Below are positions 24,696-36,796 of a stretch of 64,000 nt of DNA, piece by piece. How positions within the stretch are numbered: position 1 is the first letter of the stretch; each line of letters begins with the position of its first letter. Location of the stretch: positions 253,890,001-253,954,000 of the forward strand of contig NC_067403.1 in NCBI RefSeq assembly GCF_016432865.1. The letters are read 5' to 3'. The position numbers and the translations under genes are program-made. Below the pieces are notes generated by a model. That model saw only the letters and a list, made by a program, of their open reading frames with translations, had not been told where the DNA came from and did no database searches. This DNA comes from Antechinus flavipes. Lineage: Eukaryota.

Positions 24696-25260
24696 GGCCG
24701 CTCGATGGGGCCCGTGGGCACCCGGCTCGGCCGCAGGGAGGCCCCGGCGCTGCTCGGCCCTGTTCGGCGCCCCGGCCCCGGCCCCGGCCCCGCCGCCTCC
24801 TCAGCCCCGGCTCATCCCGCGCCGCCTCTTCCGTCGTCGCCGCCGCCGCCTCCCGCCCAGGACGCGCCGAGGCCGGCGCCGGGCCCCCGCGGCTGCTTCC
24901 GGCCACCTGGCTCCGCGTCCCGGGTCCCGCGCGGTTCGGTTCGTCCCGACTGAGCCCTGCCTCAGCGCCGAGCCCTTCCGGAACCCTTCCGGCTGCGCCC
25001 GAAGGACGGGCGCCCGCGCTTCGGCCACTTCCGGAGGCGCTTCGGCTTTTTCCGGCCTGGGGCCTCTGGCGCTCGGGCATTTCCGCCAGCCCCGGCCGAG
25101 AGGGGCGGGGCCAGGAGGGAGGGGAGGGGCGGGGCCCGGGCTTTAACCCTTTCCTCGCCTTTGCCTCTGCACCCGGCACGTGGCCACGGGAAGGATCTTG
25201 GGGCCAGATATTTGCATGGCCTTTGCTTTTCATTTGCATGGGCCGGCTCTCCTCTTCCTC
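24480..25260 (-). promoter_or_regulatory. MTA2 CpG-island promoter region
   Basis: NRF1-type GCGCATGCGC at 24481 and 24528 (intron 1). ETS CACTTCCGG at ~25027. Two octamers ATTTGCAT at 25210-25217 and 25232-25239. Confidence 0.6.
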
Positions 25261-25676
25261 TTAGGTCTAGCCTCGGCCCTGGGACCGCTGCTCCCCGCCC
25301 CCGGGTCCGTTAGGGAGGGAGCATGGTGTCCAAGCCCTCTCCTAGGACCCAGGAGGACGAGCCCGAGGACGCATCCGTGCCCCGCCCCCCGCCCCCCACT
25401 CGCCGAAGGACGGAGCCAGGCTCCCGAGAGACTTTGCATTGGTTTTATTGCCTCCGCTCTGCTGCGGGGTCTGGGAGGGGGCGGGGCTGCTCGGCTCAGC
25501 CTGCGGTTCTGTACAGTGTTGGGGGGTCCCAACGCCCCTCCCCGGCCGGGAGAAGGCACGGAATGTAACGAAGTTGGAAGAGAAGGCTCCTGGTCCTTGG
25601 TGGGGGGAGGGGGGCGACGGAGGTGGGGCAAGAAGCGACCTCTACACACCCCCCCCCCCATCTAGTCCCGGTGGGG

Positions 25677-28600
25677 TCAGGCATCCAGCGAGGAGGCGGG
25701 GGACAGGGAAGGGGTGCGGGAGGGCGTGGCGGGGGCTGCTCCAGAGCCCCCGCCCCCCAGCATGCGCCACTGGAAAATGCTCGCATCCTTTCCTCCCAGT
25801 GAGATGAGGTGAGAATCGTCATGAGTGAACCGGACACTGGTGACGTGGCTGCCGTGGCCTCCGTACTTTCGGCTGGGAGCCTGGGGGGAGGGCGGCAGGG
25901 AAGACATCTCAGAATGGGAATAACTGGGCGGAATCTGAGCCAGCTTACTCAGGACTGGGAAGCCTGGATACCGGCACTTAACAAACAAGGCAACTGAGTC
26001 AAAGAGGGAGGAGCCCAACATCCCTCGGCCAGCTACTAAATTCCCCTCCTTCTTTGAACAAACGTTCTTTGTTTTGAGCCGGAATGCGGCGTCGGCAGCT
26101 CTACACTGCCTCGTCTCATCCCCTCCTCTCCTCCCCCTCCTGCAGCTCGGACCCGTCTCGCACCCTCTTCCCCTCCCCCTCCTGCAGCTCGGACCCGTCT
26201 CGCACCCTCTTCCCCTCCCCCTCCTGCAGCTCGGACCCGCCTTGCACCCTCTTCCCCTCCCCCTCCTGCAGCTCGGACCCCCTCACACCCTCTTCCCCTC
26301 CCCCTCCTGCAGCTCGGACCCCGGTCTCGCACCCTCTTCCCCTCCCCCTCCTGCAGCTCGGACCCCGTCTGGCACCCTCTCCCCCTCCCCCTCCTGCAGC
26401 TCGGACCCCGTCTCGCACCCTCTCCCCCTCCCCCTCCCCCTCCCCCTCCTGCAGCTCGGACCCGTCTCGCACCCTCTCCCCCTCCCCCTCCCCCTCCTGC
26501 AGCTCGGACCCCAGTCTCGCACCCTCTTCCCCTCCCCCTCCTGCAGCTGGGACCCCCTCACACCCTCTTCCCCTCCCCCTCCTGCAGCTCGGACCCCGGT
26601 CTCTCACCCTCTCCCCCTCCCCCTCCTGCAGCTCGGACCCGTCTCGCACCCTCTTCCCCTCCCAGCCTCCGGGCCCTCACCTTGGCCCGGGCACAGGGGT
26701 ACAGAAACAGGTGCACCTTGCAGAAGTCATCGGCCACGGCCACCACCCGCTCGTTGTGGGAGCGGCACAGAGAGTTGATATCGGTCCCGTCGGAGCCGTC
26801 CGGCCACACGCCTACCGGGGGAGCCCTCCTCATTCCTGTCTCCTCCACATTCCCGGCCACCCCCGGGCCCAGCGTCCCCTTGTCCCGGACATTCCCGGAC
26901 CAGCCCCGCCCTCCCCGGGCTGTCTTCCCGGGCCTGGGGCTCACCATACACGTGGAACCCCAGGACACAGGTATAGGTGGCCCACTCTCGGTCCCGGCTC
27001 TCATAGCGATTTCTCAGCAGCTTGCAGCCCCCTGCCACGTCCCCTGGGAGGAAGGGAAGGAAGGAAGCCCAGCTTAGGTTCAGCAGAAAGAAAACGAGAA
27101 GCCGGACAACTCGGGCCCCCCAAATTCCTGGCCGATGGGCACTTTTTAAGTCTCCCCTTGCCCGATGCCCCTTTTTCCATCAGGGCGTTTGTTTAGCACG
27201 TTTTCCATGGGTTGAGTTTGTGAGATTGTAGGATTTGAAGCCAGAAAGAGCTTTAGAAAATAAAAATGTCAAATGGCACAGCAGGAAGGGGCCCTGGGGC
27301 CAGCGGTCGGAGGGACCCTAAAAGCCAGGATGTTGGAGGCTGGAGGGAGCGTCCCCTTAGGTCGCCAGAGCCGGGGCAGAGGATGAAGTGGAGGTGACTT
27401 GCTGAAGGCCCCCCAGAGCTGGCTCCTCTGCCCCTAAGTCCCCTCCCCCCACCCTAGCTCTGAGCCATGGTGGGGGGGCACAGGGGGTCCCGGCAGCTCT
27501 TTCTTTTCTGGACCCACCCCTGTGAACCCCTCCTCACAGTAGAGGATCTCGTAGTCCCCAGAATTGGACATGATGAAGCTCCCATCCTTGGACCAGTCGA
27601 GATGGGTGATGAAGCTGGAGTGCCCCTGGGGGAAAGAGAGGGGGGTCAAAATGGGAGCCCCCAGTTCCCCAGCCAGTCCTGGGCCATTCCCTGGAATCCA
27701 TACGCCCTCACACCCTTCCCGACTGGGTCCCCTCCCCACACATCGGCCCCCTCCCCATCTCGGCCCCCTCACCACACATCGGCCAAAGCGGTTGCACTTG
27801 GCCCCGTCGCTGGAGACGCTGTAGATGTAGATCATGTTGTCATGGGAACCGATGGCCAGGTACATCCCATCTGAAGGAAGCAGGCAGTCAGTCAACAAGC
27901 ACTTGTTTGCTAAGGGCTTCCTCTGGGCCGTCCCGGGCTGAGAGCGGGGGAGAGGGAGCAGCCGGAGCACAAGCGCCCCTGCTCCCGGGCTCACCTTCGG
28001 GGACAGGAGACCGGGGGCCGAATAGCTGAAAGGTGACGTCAGCGGAAGGGGGATGGGGGAGGCAGGTCAGAGAGAGAGAGAGGCCTCTGGGTGGGGCAGG
28101 GGGGGAGAGGCTCTCACCTGGACTATACCTGACAACTGAGAGCTGCTCATTACCGTCCGTGACATCGGATACGAGCTCTCGAGTCTCTGTGTCCAGAACC
28201 AGCCACCTGGGTCAGGGGAGGGGGCGGGGCCGGTCACCAACCCCAGCTCGGCCTTCCCTCCCTCCTGCCCTCCCGGCCCTGGGTCCCCCCCACTCTCACC
28301 TCCCAGTGTTTAGTCCCACAGCCACGACCTTCCCACTGGGGTGGAAATCAGCACAGAGACCCGTCTCCTGGGGGGTCAGACATGGAAGGCTGGGGTTGGG
28401 ATTCAAGGAGACACTTTTCTCACGGGGGGAACCCACGGCTCATCCCGACCCGCTCCCATGGGGGCCTCTGGAAGGGGAGGAGAGTCCGCTCCGGGCGGGG
28501 CCCCCAGACAGGGGGGAGGCTCGTGGCGAGAGTACCTTGAGATCAAGGCTCCAGGCCAAGGCGTGGGACTCCCCGTCCCACAGACAGAGCTGCCGGTCGT

Positions 28601-31600
28601 GGCCACAGGTGAGGAAGCGGTTCAGGGAGGGGTGAGTGCAGAGACCCCAGAGCTCATCGGTGTGACCCTGTGGGACACGGGGCTGGATGCTGCGGCCGGC
28701 TCTCCCGGCCGCCCGGCCCCCACCCCTCCGGCCCCCCAAACCTAACCTGGATCACAGGGGAAAAGCCCTGAGTCAGGTCTCCCCTGAGCAGCGCGTTCTT
28801 GGTGGTGCCCACCAGCAGCTCCGAGCCGAGCCCTTCGGCGATGGCGCGGACAGCTCCAAACTGTTCTGGGATCTGGAGGGGGCCGGCCACGGGTCAGCCA
28901 CAAACAGCCCCGGCCCCGCACTCCGGGGTCCCTCCTTCCCTTCGGCCCCTCCCGTCCCCAGCCTCGCTTACCTCGGCCTCCTGGAGGGCCATGAGCCCCG
29001 GCCCCCACTGGACCAGCCGGCGATCCCGCCCACCCCCGCTCAGCACAGTCCCGTCCCTCAGCAGACACAGAGCGAAGATGGAGCCCTCGTGGGCTCGGGT
29101 CTGGGCTACGATCCCAAAGGTCTCTGTGTGGGGGAAGAGGGTCAGTGTGGGTGGGACGGAGGTCACTGCAAGGGGCTGATGGCCAAGTCAGGGAAGAGGA
29201 ATCCCCTAGAGCCTAGAACGTCAGCACTGGCAAGGACCTTACAATATGGCAGCTCAGTGCTCGGAGGGGCCTTAGAACCTAGGATGTCGGAGCTGGAAGG
29301 GCCTTAGAACCTAGGATGTCGGAGCTGGAAGGGCCTTAGAACCTAGGATGTTGGAGCTGGAGGGGGCCTTAGAACCTAGGATGTCGGAGCTGGAGGGGGC
29401 CTTAGAACCTAGGATGTCGGAGCTGGAAGGGCCTTAGAACCTAGGATGTCGGAGCTGGAGGGGGCCTTAGAACCTAAGATGTCGGAGCTGGAAGGGCCTT
29501 AGAACCTAGGATGTCGGAGCTGGAGGGGGCCTTAGAACCTAAGATGTCGGAGCTGGAAGGGCCTTAGAACCTAGGATGTCGGAGCTGGAAGGGCCTTAGA
29601 ACCTAGGATGTCAGAGCTGGAAGGGCCTTAGCAAACACCCAGACCCAAGGGTCTTCGCTTTGCACCCAGTGAGACCTAATATCACAGTGGGTTGTTTGTT
29701 GCCTGCATTAATACTCGAAGGAAATGCTAAATTCCTCTTAGCATTTAGCGGACATTGCAAGATGTCACTCACTCTCCCCGCCTGGTTTATGGACCTGCTA
29801 GGACCTATCCATCACGCAGGGCAAGGATCCGTGATCGAGACCAGCCCCCTCATTCCACGGATGAGGAACTTGAGGTCCAGACGAGGAAACCACTTTCCTA
29901 AGACAGGTTCCGGCCCACCTCCAGGACCGTGGGTACTTCCTTCTAAGGTGCTTCTTCTTCCTCTCAATTCCCTCCCCTCCCCTCCATTGTGGCTCTAATT
30001 TCACGTGGTGGTCGGTCCTGACCAGCCTTGGGGGGTGGGGGAGATCATGTACCTTTAGTCCCACCCCTGCCTGGGGTCCTGGAGTCAGGCGGGCTCCGCC
30101 CCCAGGTGAGGATGGTCCCTTCTGAGTCCCCAGTGAGGATGTCTCCATCCGGAAGGAACACAAAGCAGGGAACAAATTTGGGCTTCTTGTATTTCTGGGA
30201 GGGGGCAGAGGGCAAAGGTTAAAGGCGAGCCATGAGACCATCAGAGCGGTCAAAGGAGAAGTTGGCACTTTTGCAAGTCAGTAGCAAGGAGGTCGCAAAA
30301 AAGCTGGGTGTCAGAGGTCAGGGACCAAATCTAGGATCTGTATGAGGGGAAGGCTGGGGGGCCAAAACCCACTTTTCATCCATACCTCCACATTCCCCCC
30401 CATCGAGCCCCTTCAGACCTCACCCCAAAGACACCCTGTTTCCGTGTGAGACCCCCATTGCCCTGAGCTCCTCCTCCAATAGACCAGTTCCAGAAGTGGA
30501 CGTGGGACTTCCCGCTGGTGACGATACAACTGCTGTCTCGGGGATTGAAGCCGACGGCCAGGACGGAGTCGTTGGTGCTCTGGAGGGAAGGAGACCTGGC
30601 AGCTAGATGACCAGCCAGCAGCCCCGATGCTCTGAGCCAGAACAGCCCGGGGAGCCCCCTCCCCACCCTGCCCCTTCCGTAGGAATCTATATTTAGGGAG
30701 TCCTGGGCCATGGGGACACAGAGCTGAAAGGGACCTAGGAGATCACACAGAGCTGAAAGGGACCTAGGAGATCACACGGAGCTGAAAGGGACCTTGGAGA
30801 TCACACAGAGCTGAAAGGGACCTAGGAGATCACACGGAGCTGAAAGGGACCTAGGAGATCACACAGAGCTGAAAGGGACCTTGGAGATCACACGGAGCTG
30901 AAAGGGACCTAGGAGATCACACGGAGCTGAAAGGGACCTAGGAGATCACACGGAGCTGAAAGGGACCTAGGAGATCACACGGAGCTGAAAGGGACCTTGG
31001 AGATCACACGGAGCTGAAAGGGACCTAGGAGATCACAAGGAGCTGAAAGGGACCTAGGAGATCACACGGAGCTGAAAGGGACCTTGGAGATCACACGGAG
31101 CTGAAACGGACCTAGGAGATCACACGGAGCTGAAAGGGACCTAGGAGATCACACGGAGCTGAAAGGGACCTAGGAGATCACACGGAGCTGAAAGGGACCT
31201 AGGAGATCACACGGAGCTGAAAGGGACCTTGGAGATCACACAGAGCTGAAAGGGATCTAGGAGATCACAGAGCTGAAAGAGACCTAGGAGATCACACAGA
31301 GCTGAAAGGGACCTTGGAGACGAAAGGGACCTAGGAGATCACACAGAGCTGAAAGGGACCTAGGAGATCACACAGAGCTGAAAGAGACCTTGGAGACCAT
31401 TAGTGTTTTTCAGGAGAAACCGAGGTCCAGAAAGAAGGGCCTTGCTCAGTCAGAAAAGGAGGAAGAGGCAATGGCGGGGTGGGAGCCCGGCTGCATTTCC
31501 CACTGCCAATTCTTCCCAAGGGGGAGGCACCCCGAGACTCCGAGCCAGCCCCGGCTTCTGTGCCCGGACCACCGGAAGACTTCGCTGTGACCTTGACCAA

Positions 31601-34600
31601 CCCGAAGCCCCGAGAGCTTCCTTCCCATCCCCTCCCCCGGGACCCTCACCTTGATTTCCACCAGCTTGGCGCCTCGGTTCCAGTCCCAGACGGACAGCAT
31701 GTGCTCATTGGAGTCATCCACCACACACAGGAAGCTGCCCTGATCCTGGGGATGAGGGCACGCCGGGACTCAGGGGGGCCTGGGTCTCGGGTCAGGTCAC
31801 GGACGGCCCAGGAAGGGCTAAGACGTGCCCCAGTCACGGGGGCTGGGAAGAAGGGGCAGGCGCTGGGCTAAGGCAGGAAGGGCTGGGGGCTGCCTAGTTT
31901 CTCTAGGAGCAGAGGCCACAAAGTCCCCGCGAGGATCGGGACCGTTTCAAAGGTGGGGAGGGGCCGGCTCACCGAGACCGAGAAGGCGAGGGCCCCAACT
32001 CCTCTCTCAAACACCCCAAGTCCGATCTCCTGTAGCTTGTGGAGCTTCTCTGAATCCCAGATGTGAACTACTGGCTGAAGGGGCTGAGGGGAAAGAGAAG
32101 GCCCAGGCCAGGGGAAGTCACAAAACGGGGGTTGGCGGGCTGCCCTTCCCTCCCCGCCACGACTATGACGGTACCTTCCCATCCTTGTCGACCCCGGCCG
32201 TCTGCCCAGAAGCTACCCGGACCCCGTCGGGATGGACGGCAAGACTGAAAGGTAGAGAAGGGGACGTGGCACTGGGGGAGGGCTCTCCGGGCCCCCACAC
32301 CCCAGCACGTGGAGCAGCCGCCCAGCACGCGATCAAAGACCGCCCGGTCCGACAAGAACCCCAAGAGGACTGGCTCGGTCAGCCCAGAGTGACGGGCGAC
32401 GAGCCCTCCGCCGCCTTCCTCGAGCCACCGCTTCGGCCGTCCCTTGCTGACGCAGCCCGCTCTCGAACCGCTCCTCCTCCTCCCCGGCCTCTCGCCCCGT
32501 CCCCCCGCCGGCGGTCCTCACCAGCGGACGCAGTCTGTGTGCCCCAAGTAGTGCCTCTGGCCGCCACCCCCGGGGCCTCCCGGGCCCCCTCCCGGGCGAT
32601 ACAGCACCACCACGCAGGCGATGAAGTAAACGACTTCCCCGGATCGCAGCACAAACAAGTTGGAGCGCGAGTCTCGGCCCCTGTACCCGTAACTGGGGGT
32701 GAGGAGGAAGGTCAAGGAAAAGAGCCCTCGGAAATCCGGAACCCTGGCGGCCCCCGGTCCTCCACCGACCAGCTTGCCCGCTCCCTCTGCTCCCCTCCGA
32801 GCCATCGGCCCCTTCTGGGCCTCCTCGGCGCCGGAGGGACCCCCAGAGCCCCCCACTTTCCCCTCTCGGATCTCTCGTGGGGGCTGCTGCCAACGGCATC
32901 TCAAGGCGCCCCTCTGCCCGGCTCCGGGCACCTTTGACACCACGTGCTGCTCTCAGACTTGCCCTGTCACCTCTGACCTCTGCCTGGGACAATCCCCCTT
33001 TCTAGCCTTGGACAGCTTGCTTTGCTCTTCTCCTTCCCTGAATATTCTTGTAGAACTTCATACCCCTGGCCCTCCCACCTCAACTGAAGGCTCCTCGAGG
33101 CCGGGTGAAGGGGCAAAGGCTTAATAAAGGCCTCCAGGTCAGAACTGTGAAGCTCCTCTGGGATGGATGGGGGTCAGAAGTCAAGGGTTAATAGAGGGCG
33201 GGGCACGGAGGAGAAGGATGAGGATCCTGGGACATCCTGAGGGGAACTCCTGGGGGAGCAGGGGGTAAAGGGACCCAGGGAGGATACACCCAGTCAAGGC
33301 TGAGGTTCTCGGGGGGCGGGCCGCTGGGCAGCTCCTCGGGACTTCGGACGCCCGACGGGATGTACATGGTGATGGGCCGGCCTCGAAGGAACATCTTCAC
33401 AGAGATGCCCTCTGTGGGGGAGATGGGGAGAGCCGTTACCCCGTAGCCTGCCCTGTGCCCCTGCCCCAGAGGGACTCAATGGGGAGGACAAATGGGGGAG
33501 GAACTGCGTGCTCGGGGCCCCATCGCCCAAATCCACGCCTGACCCCAGCTGTCCAACAGCTAACAAGCAGTCGCCCGGGCACTGCCGGAGACCACCCGGG
33601 AGGAGCAGTCCTTCTCTGGGCACTGCCGGAGACCGCCCAGACACTGCCGGAGACCGCCGGGCGCTGCCGGAGACTGCCCGGACACTGCCAGAGACCGCCA
33701 GGGCACTGCCGGAGACTGCCCAGGAGGAGCAGTCCTTCTCTGGGCACTGCTGGAGACCGCTGGACACTGCCAGAGACGGCCCAGGCACTGCCGGAGACCA
33801 CCGGGCACTGCCGGAGACCACCAGACACTGCCAGAGACAGCCCGGGCACTGCCGGAGACCACTGGACACTGCCAGAGACGGCCCAGGCACTGCCGGAGAC
33901 CACTGGACACTGCCAGAGACAGCCCGGGCACTGCCAGAGACAGCCCAGACACTGCCGGAGACAGCCCAGACACTGCTGGAGACCGCCCGGGAGGAGCAGT
34001 CCTTCTCTGGGCACTGCCGGAGACAGCCCAGGCACTGCCGGAGACAGCCCAGGCACTGCCGGAGACAGCCCAGGCACTGCCGGAGACGGTCCAGGCACTG
34101 CCGGAGACTGCCGGGCACTGCCGGAGACCGCCGGGCACTGCCGGAGACCGCCGGGCACTGCCAGAGACAGCCCGGGCACTGCCAGAGACCACCCGGGAGG
34201 AGCAGTCCTTCTCTGGGCACTGCCGGAGACCGCCGGACACTGCCAGAGACCGCCGGACACTGCCGGACACTGCCGGGGACCGCCCAGACACTGCCGGAGA
34301 CCACCGGACACTGCCAGAGACAGCCCGGGCACTGCCGGAGACTGCCAGACACTGCCGGAGACCACCGGACACTGCCGGAGACCACCCGGGAGGAGCAGTC
34401 CTTCTCTGGGCACTGCCGGAGACCGCCGGGCACTGCCGGAGACCGCCCGGGAGGAGCAGTCCTCCTCACCTGCCCTGCCTCCCTGTTGCCCCACATCCGC
34501 CCTTACCCAGGTTATAATTGCTCCTCCGAGAACCGGGGCCCCCGGGGCTGGAGACTGGATCCTTCCCCCCTCGGCTGTGGAGAGAGGGAAAAAAAACAAC

Positions 34601-36796
34601 AAAAAACCAGAGTGAGGATGCCCCGGAGCGAGCGCGGGGAGGGGAGTCGGGAGCAGCTTTGGTGACGTCCCCTCACAGCCGCTGGTGCTTCAGGGTCCTC
34701 GAAGCACTTTTACCACAGGACCTCGTTTAGTGCTAATTACTCCCCATTTCACAGAGGAGGAAACTGAGGCAAACCGGAAGGAAGCCAGAGCCTGAGGCCA
34801 ATTCAAACTCAGGTCTTCCTGACTCCAAGCTGTGGCACCTCCCAGCCGCCCCTGGGCCCCTCGGGCATGGCTGGGAACAGGCCCCACAACATCAGCGAGA
34901 GCCCGAGGCGCCCGAGGGTCCCCAGCCTGTCTCAGACTCTCTCCCCCAGCCACCTGTGGCCCCCGGGGCTGGTGGGTGAGAGAGAATCCCCCCCCAGGCC
35001 CCGGCCCCCAGATGGGAACAGCGCCCCCGCCTGGCTACAGCGCCCCCTCGGGGCCTCCATGAGGGCAGAGGCTGAGGGCTCCGGCTGGACGGGCCTCTGC
35101 TGCCCAGGCCCCGGCCCCTGGCTGAGCACCCACGGGCCGGGCAGAAGCCACAGCTCGGCCAGAGGCCTCTGGGGGCAGCCCCTGTAGCTGGGGGGGGGGG
35201 GGGGAGGGGCAGAGACCCACCTCAAGGCCTCACTGAAACGTGTGGGAGCCGGGCAGGCCCCTGGGGAGCACAGAGGGCGAGGCGCTGGGGAGGAGGGCCG
35301 GGGGCACAGTAGGGAGACGGCCGGACAGGGAGGCGGCCCAGGTCGGCTCCCTTTGGGGAATATGGCTCCCAGGGAAGCGCAGGGGGAGCGACCTCTGCCG
35401 GCCCTGACTAAGATCCCAGGACAGCTTGGCTGCCTCAGCGTCCAGCCTGGGATGGGGGAGGGGCGGGGCAGCATCTGGACTCAAAACCCCCTCATTTGAA
35501 AGCGGCCTCAGCCTTTGGCCTTTTAATCCTTCAGAGCCTCCATTTCTTTATCTGTAAAATGGGCGGATAATGGCGGCGAGGTCAGTAGCGGGAAGGAATA
35601 CAAGGGATGAGGGAAGGTCCGGGCCGGGGGAGGGGCAGGAGGCCCTAGGGAAGGCTGCTGGGGGGCAGGGAGGCACCGCCCACCTTTCCGAGCTGCCCGA
35701 GCGCAGCAGCAGGTTGGCGGAAGAGGCAGCTTTTCGGGAGAGCTTCTGTCGAGGCCGTTCTGCCGGGGAGGCTGACGAGGAGGAATTCCTGCGGGGCCTG
35801 AAGCGGGGAAGGGGGGGGGGTAGGGGGGCAGCCGAGGTTACACACGGAGCCTCCTTCCCCCCTCTCCTCCCCAGAAGGGAAAGCCCTCAGGCCGGGGTCC
35901 CTCGGACACCCCACACACCCAGGAGACTCACGTGTCCCCCCGCTGAGGGAGCGGCAAGGGCCGAAGCACCCCGGGGGAGCCCCCACCGCCGCCTTCCGGG
36001 TGGGCGCCCCCCGGCTCCTCTTCTCCCCGCCCAGGAGGGGCTGGGGGCCCGTTGCTCAAGGCGGCCTTGGCCTCGGTCTCCGAGTCTGTCTGGGTGCCCC
36101 GGCTCACCAGCGCAGGGCCTGGAGGCGGCGGCAGTCCCGGAGGGGCCGGAGGGCTGCAGCGGGAGAGGGAGGGAGTGAGCCGGCGGGGGCAGGGAGCCGC
36201 GGAGGAAAGAGGAAGGGGGCCCGAGGGCAGCCGGCTACCTGTCACTGAGCGGGGGGGCCGGGCCCGCTGAGCCTCCCGGGGGCCCCTCCTGCAGCCTGAG
36301 TCTCCGCAGAACCTCGGCCAAGGCGGCTTTCACCAGCTCCATCTCCTCCTCTTGAACCCGGAGCCTCCGGCTCAAGGAGCCCAGGCTGGGGCAGCCGGGA
36401 GACTCCCAGCCTCCAGCCCGTCCCTCACCTACACCGGGAGACGGGAGGATCACGGCCCGCCCCTCGGCCCTCCGCGGGCGGAACAGAGGGTCGGGGGTCC
36501 CGAGCTCCCGGCCTCTCCGCAGTCCCCCGGGGGGCCCAGCCTCGGGAGGGAGCCGGGAGCCGCGCACAGGCTGGGGAGGGGGGGAGGAAGAGCGCTCCTT
36601 CCCGGACGCCCACTCCTCCCTCCCGGCCCGGGCGCCCTGGCGGGCCCCTTCCTGCCCGATCTCCTCCCGAGCCGAGAGCAACGTGGAGTAGGGCAGAGGG
36701 GACGGTGACAGGCGGCTGGCGGGCAGCGCCGGGGACCCCCGCGGAGACTCCCCGCCCCCGGAGCCCGAACTCACCCGGCCCCGCGGCCCCGTCCAT
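25677..36796 (-). CDS. EML3: Echinoderm microtubule-associated protein-like 3, 22 coding exons, ~890 aa
   Basis: Exons: 36775-36796, 36239-36428, 35932-36153, 35684-35797, 34507-34574, 33288-33411, 32522-32692, 32175-32244, 31973-32083, 31650-31745, 30424-30579, 30053-30194, 28972-29123, 28747-28872, 28536-28667, 28300-28367, 28118-28206, 27773-27870, 27538-27625, 26945-27043, 26681-26811, 25677-25880 (2673 nt, in frame). Coiled coil, HELP motif (KMFLRGRPITMYIPS..LDWVYGYRGRD) and WD40 repeats. AATAAA at ~25444-25449. Confidence 0.96.
26095..26665. repeat. Minisatellite, ~42-bp unit (41-55), ~12-13 copies, EML3 intron 21
   Basis: Unit CCTGCAGCTCGGACCCGTCTCGCACCCTCTTCCCCTCCCCCT. CTGCAG cores at 26140, 26182, 26224, 26266, 26307, 26351, 26394, 26449, 26497, 26541, 26582, 26626. 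Confidence 0.95.
29270..29630. repeat. Minisatellite, 32/33-bp unit, 11 copies, EML3 intron 12
   Basis: AGGATGTCGGAGCTGGAAGGGCCTTAGAACCT units start at 29281, 29313, 29345, 29378, 29411, 29443, 29476, 29508, 29541, 29573, 29605. Confidence 0.95.
30715..31395. repeat. Minisatellite, 29-bp unit, ~23 copies, EML3 intron 10
   Basis: GAGCTGAAAGGGACCT(A/T)GGAGATCACAC(A/G), period 29 (30721, 30750, 30779...). Confidence 0.95.
33576..34470. repeat. Compound minisatellite (20-21-bp unit with a second interspersed unit), EML3 intron 5
   Basis: GGGCACTGCCGGAGACCGCCC-type units, with GGAGGAGCAGTCCTTCTCT modules at ~33601, 33725, 33992, 34198, 34391, 34452. Confidence 0.95.

Noticed and set aside
26074-27196. 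234-aa and 370-aa plus-strand ORFs in EML3 intron 21
   Set aside because: Produced by the stop-poor 42-bp minisatellite (PLPLPLLQLGP / PSPSCSSDP repeats).
33576-34470. Repeat/spacer-like periodicity resembling a CRISPR array
   Set aside because: The intervening units are themselves repeats rather than unique spacers. The array lies in a vertebrate intron and there are no cas genes.
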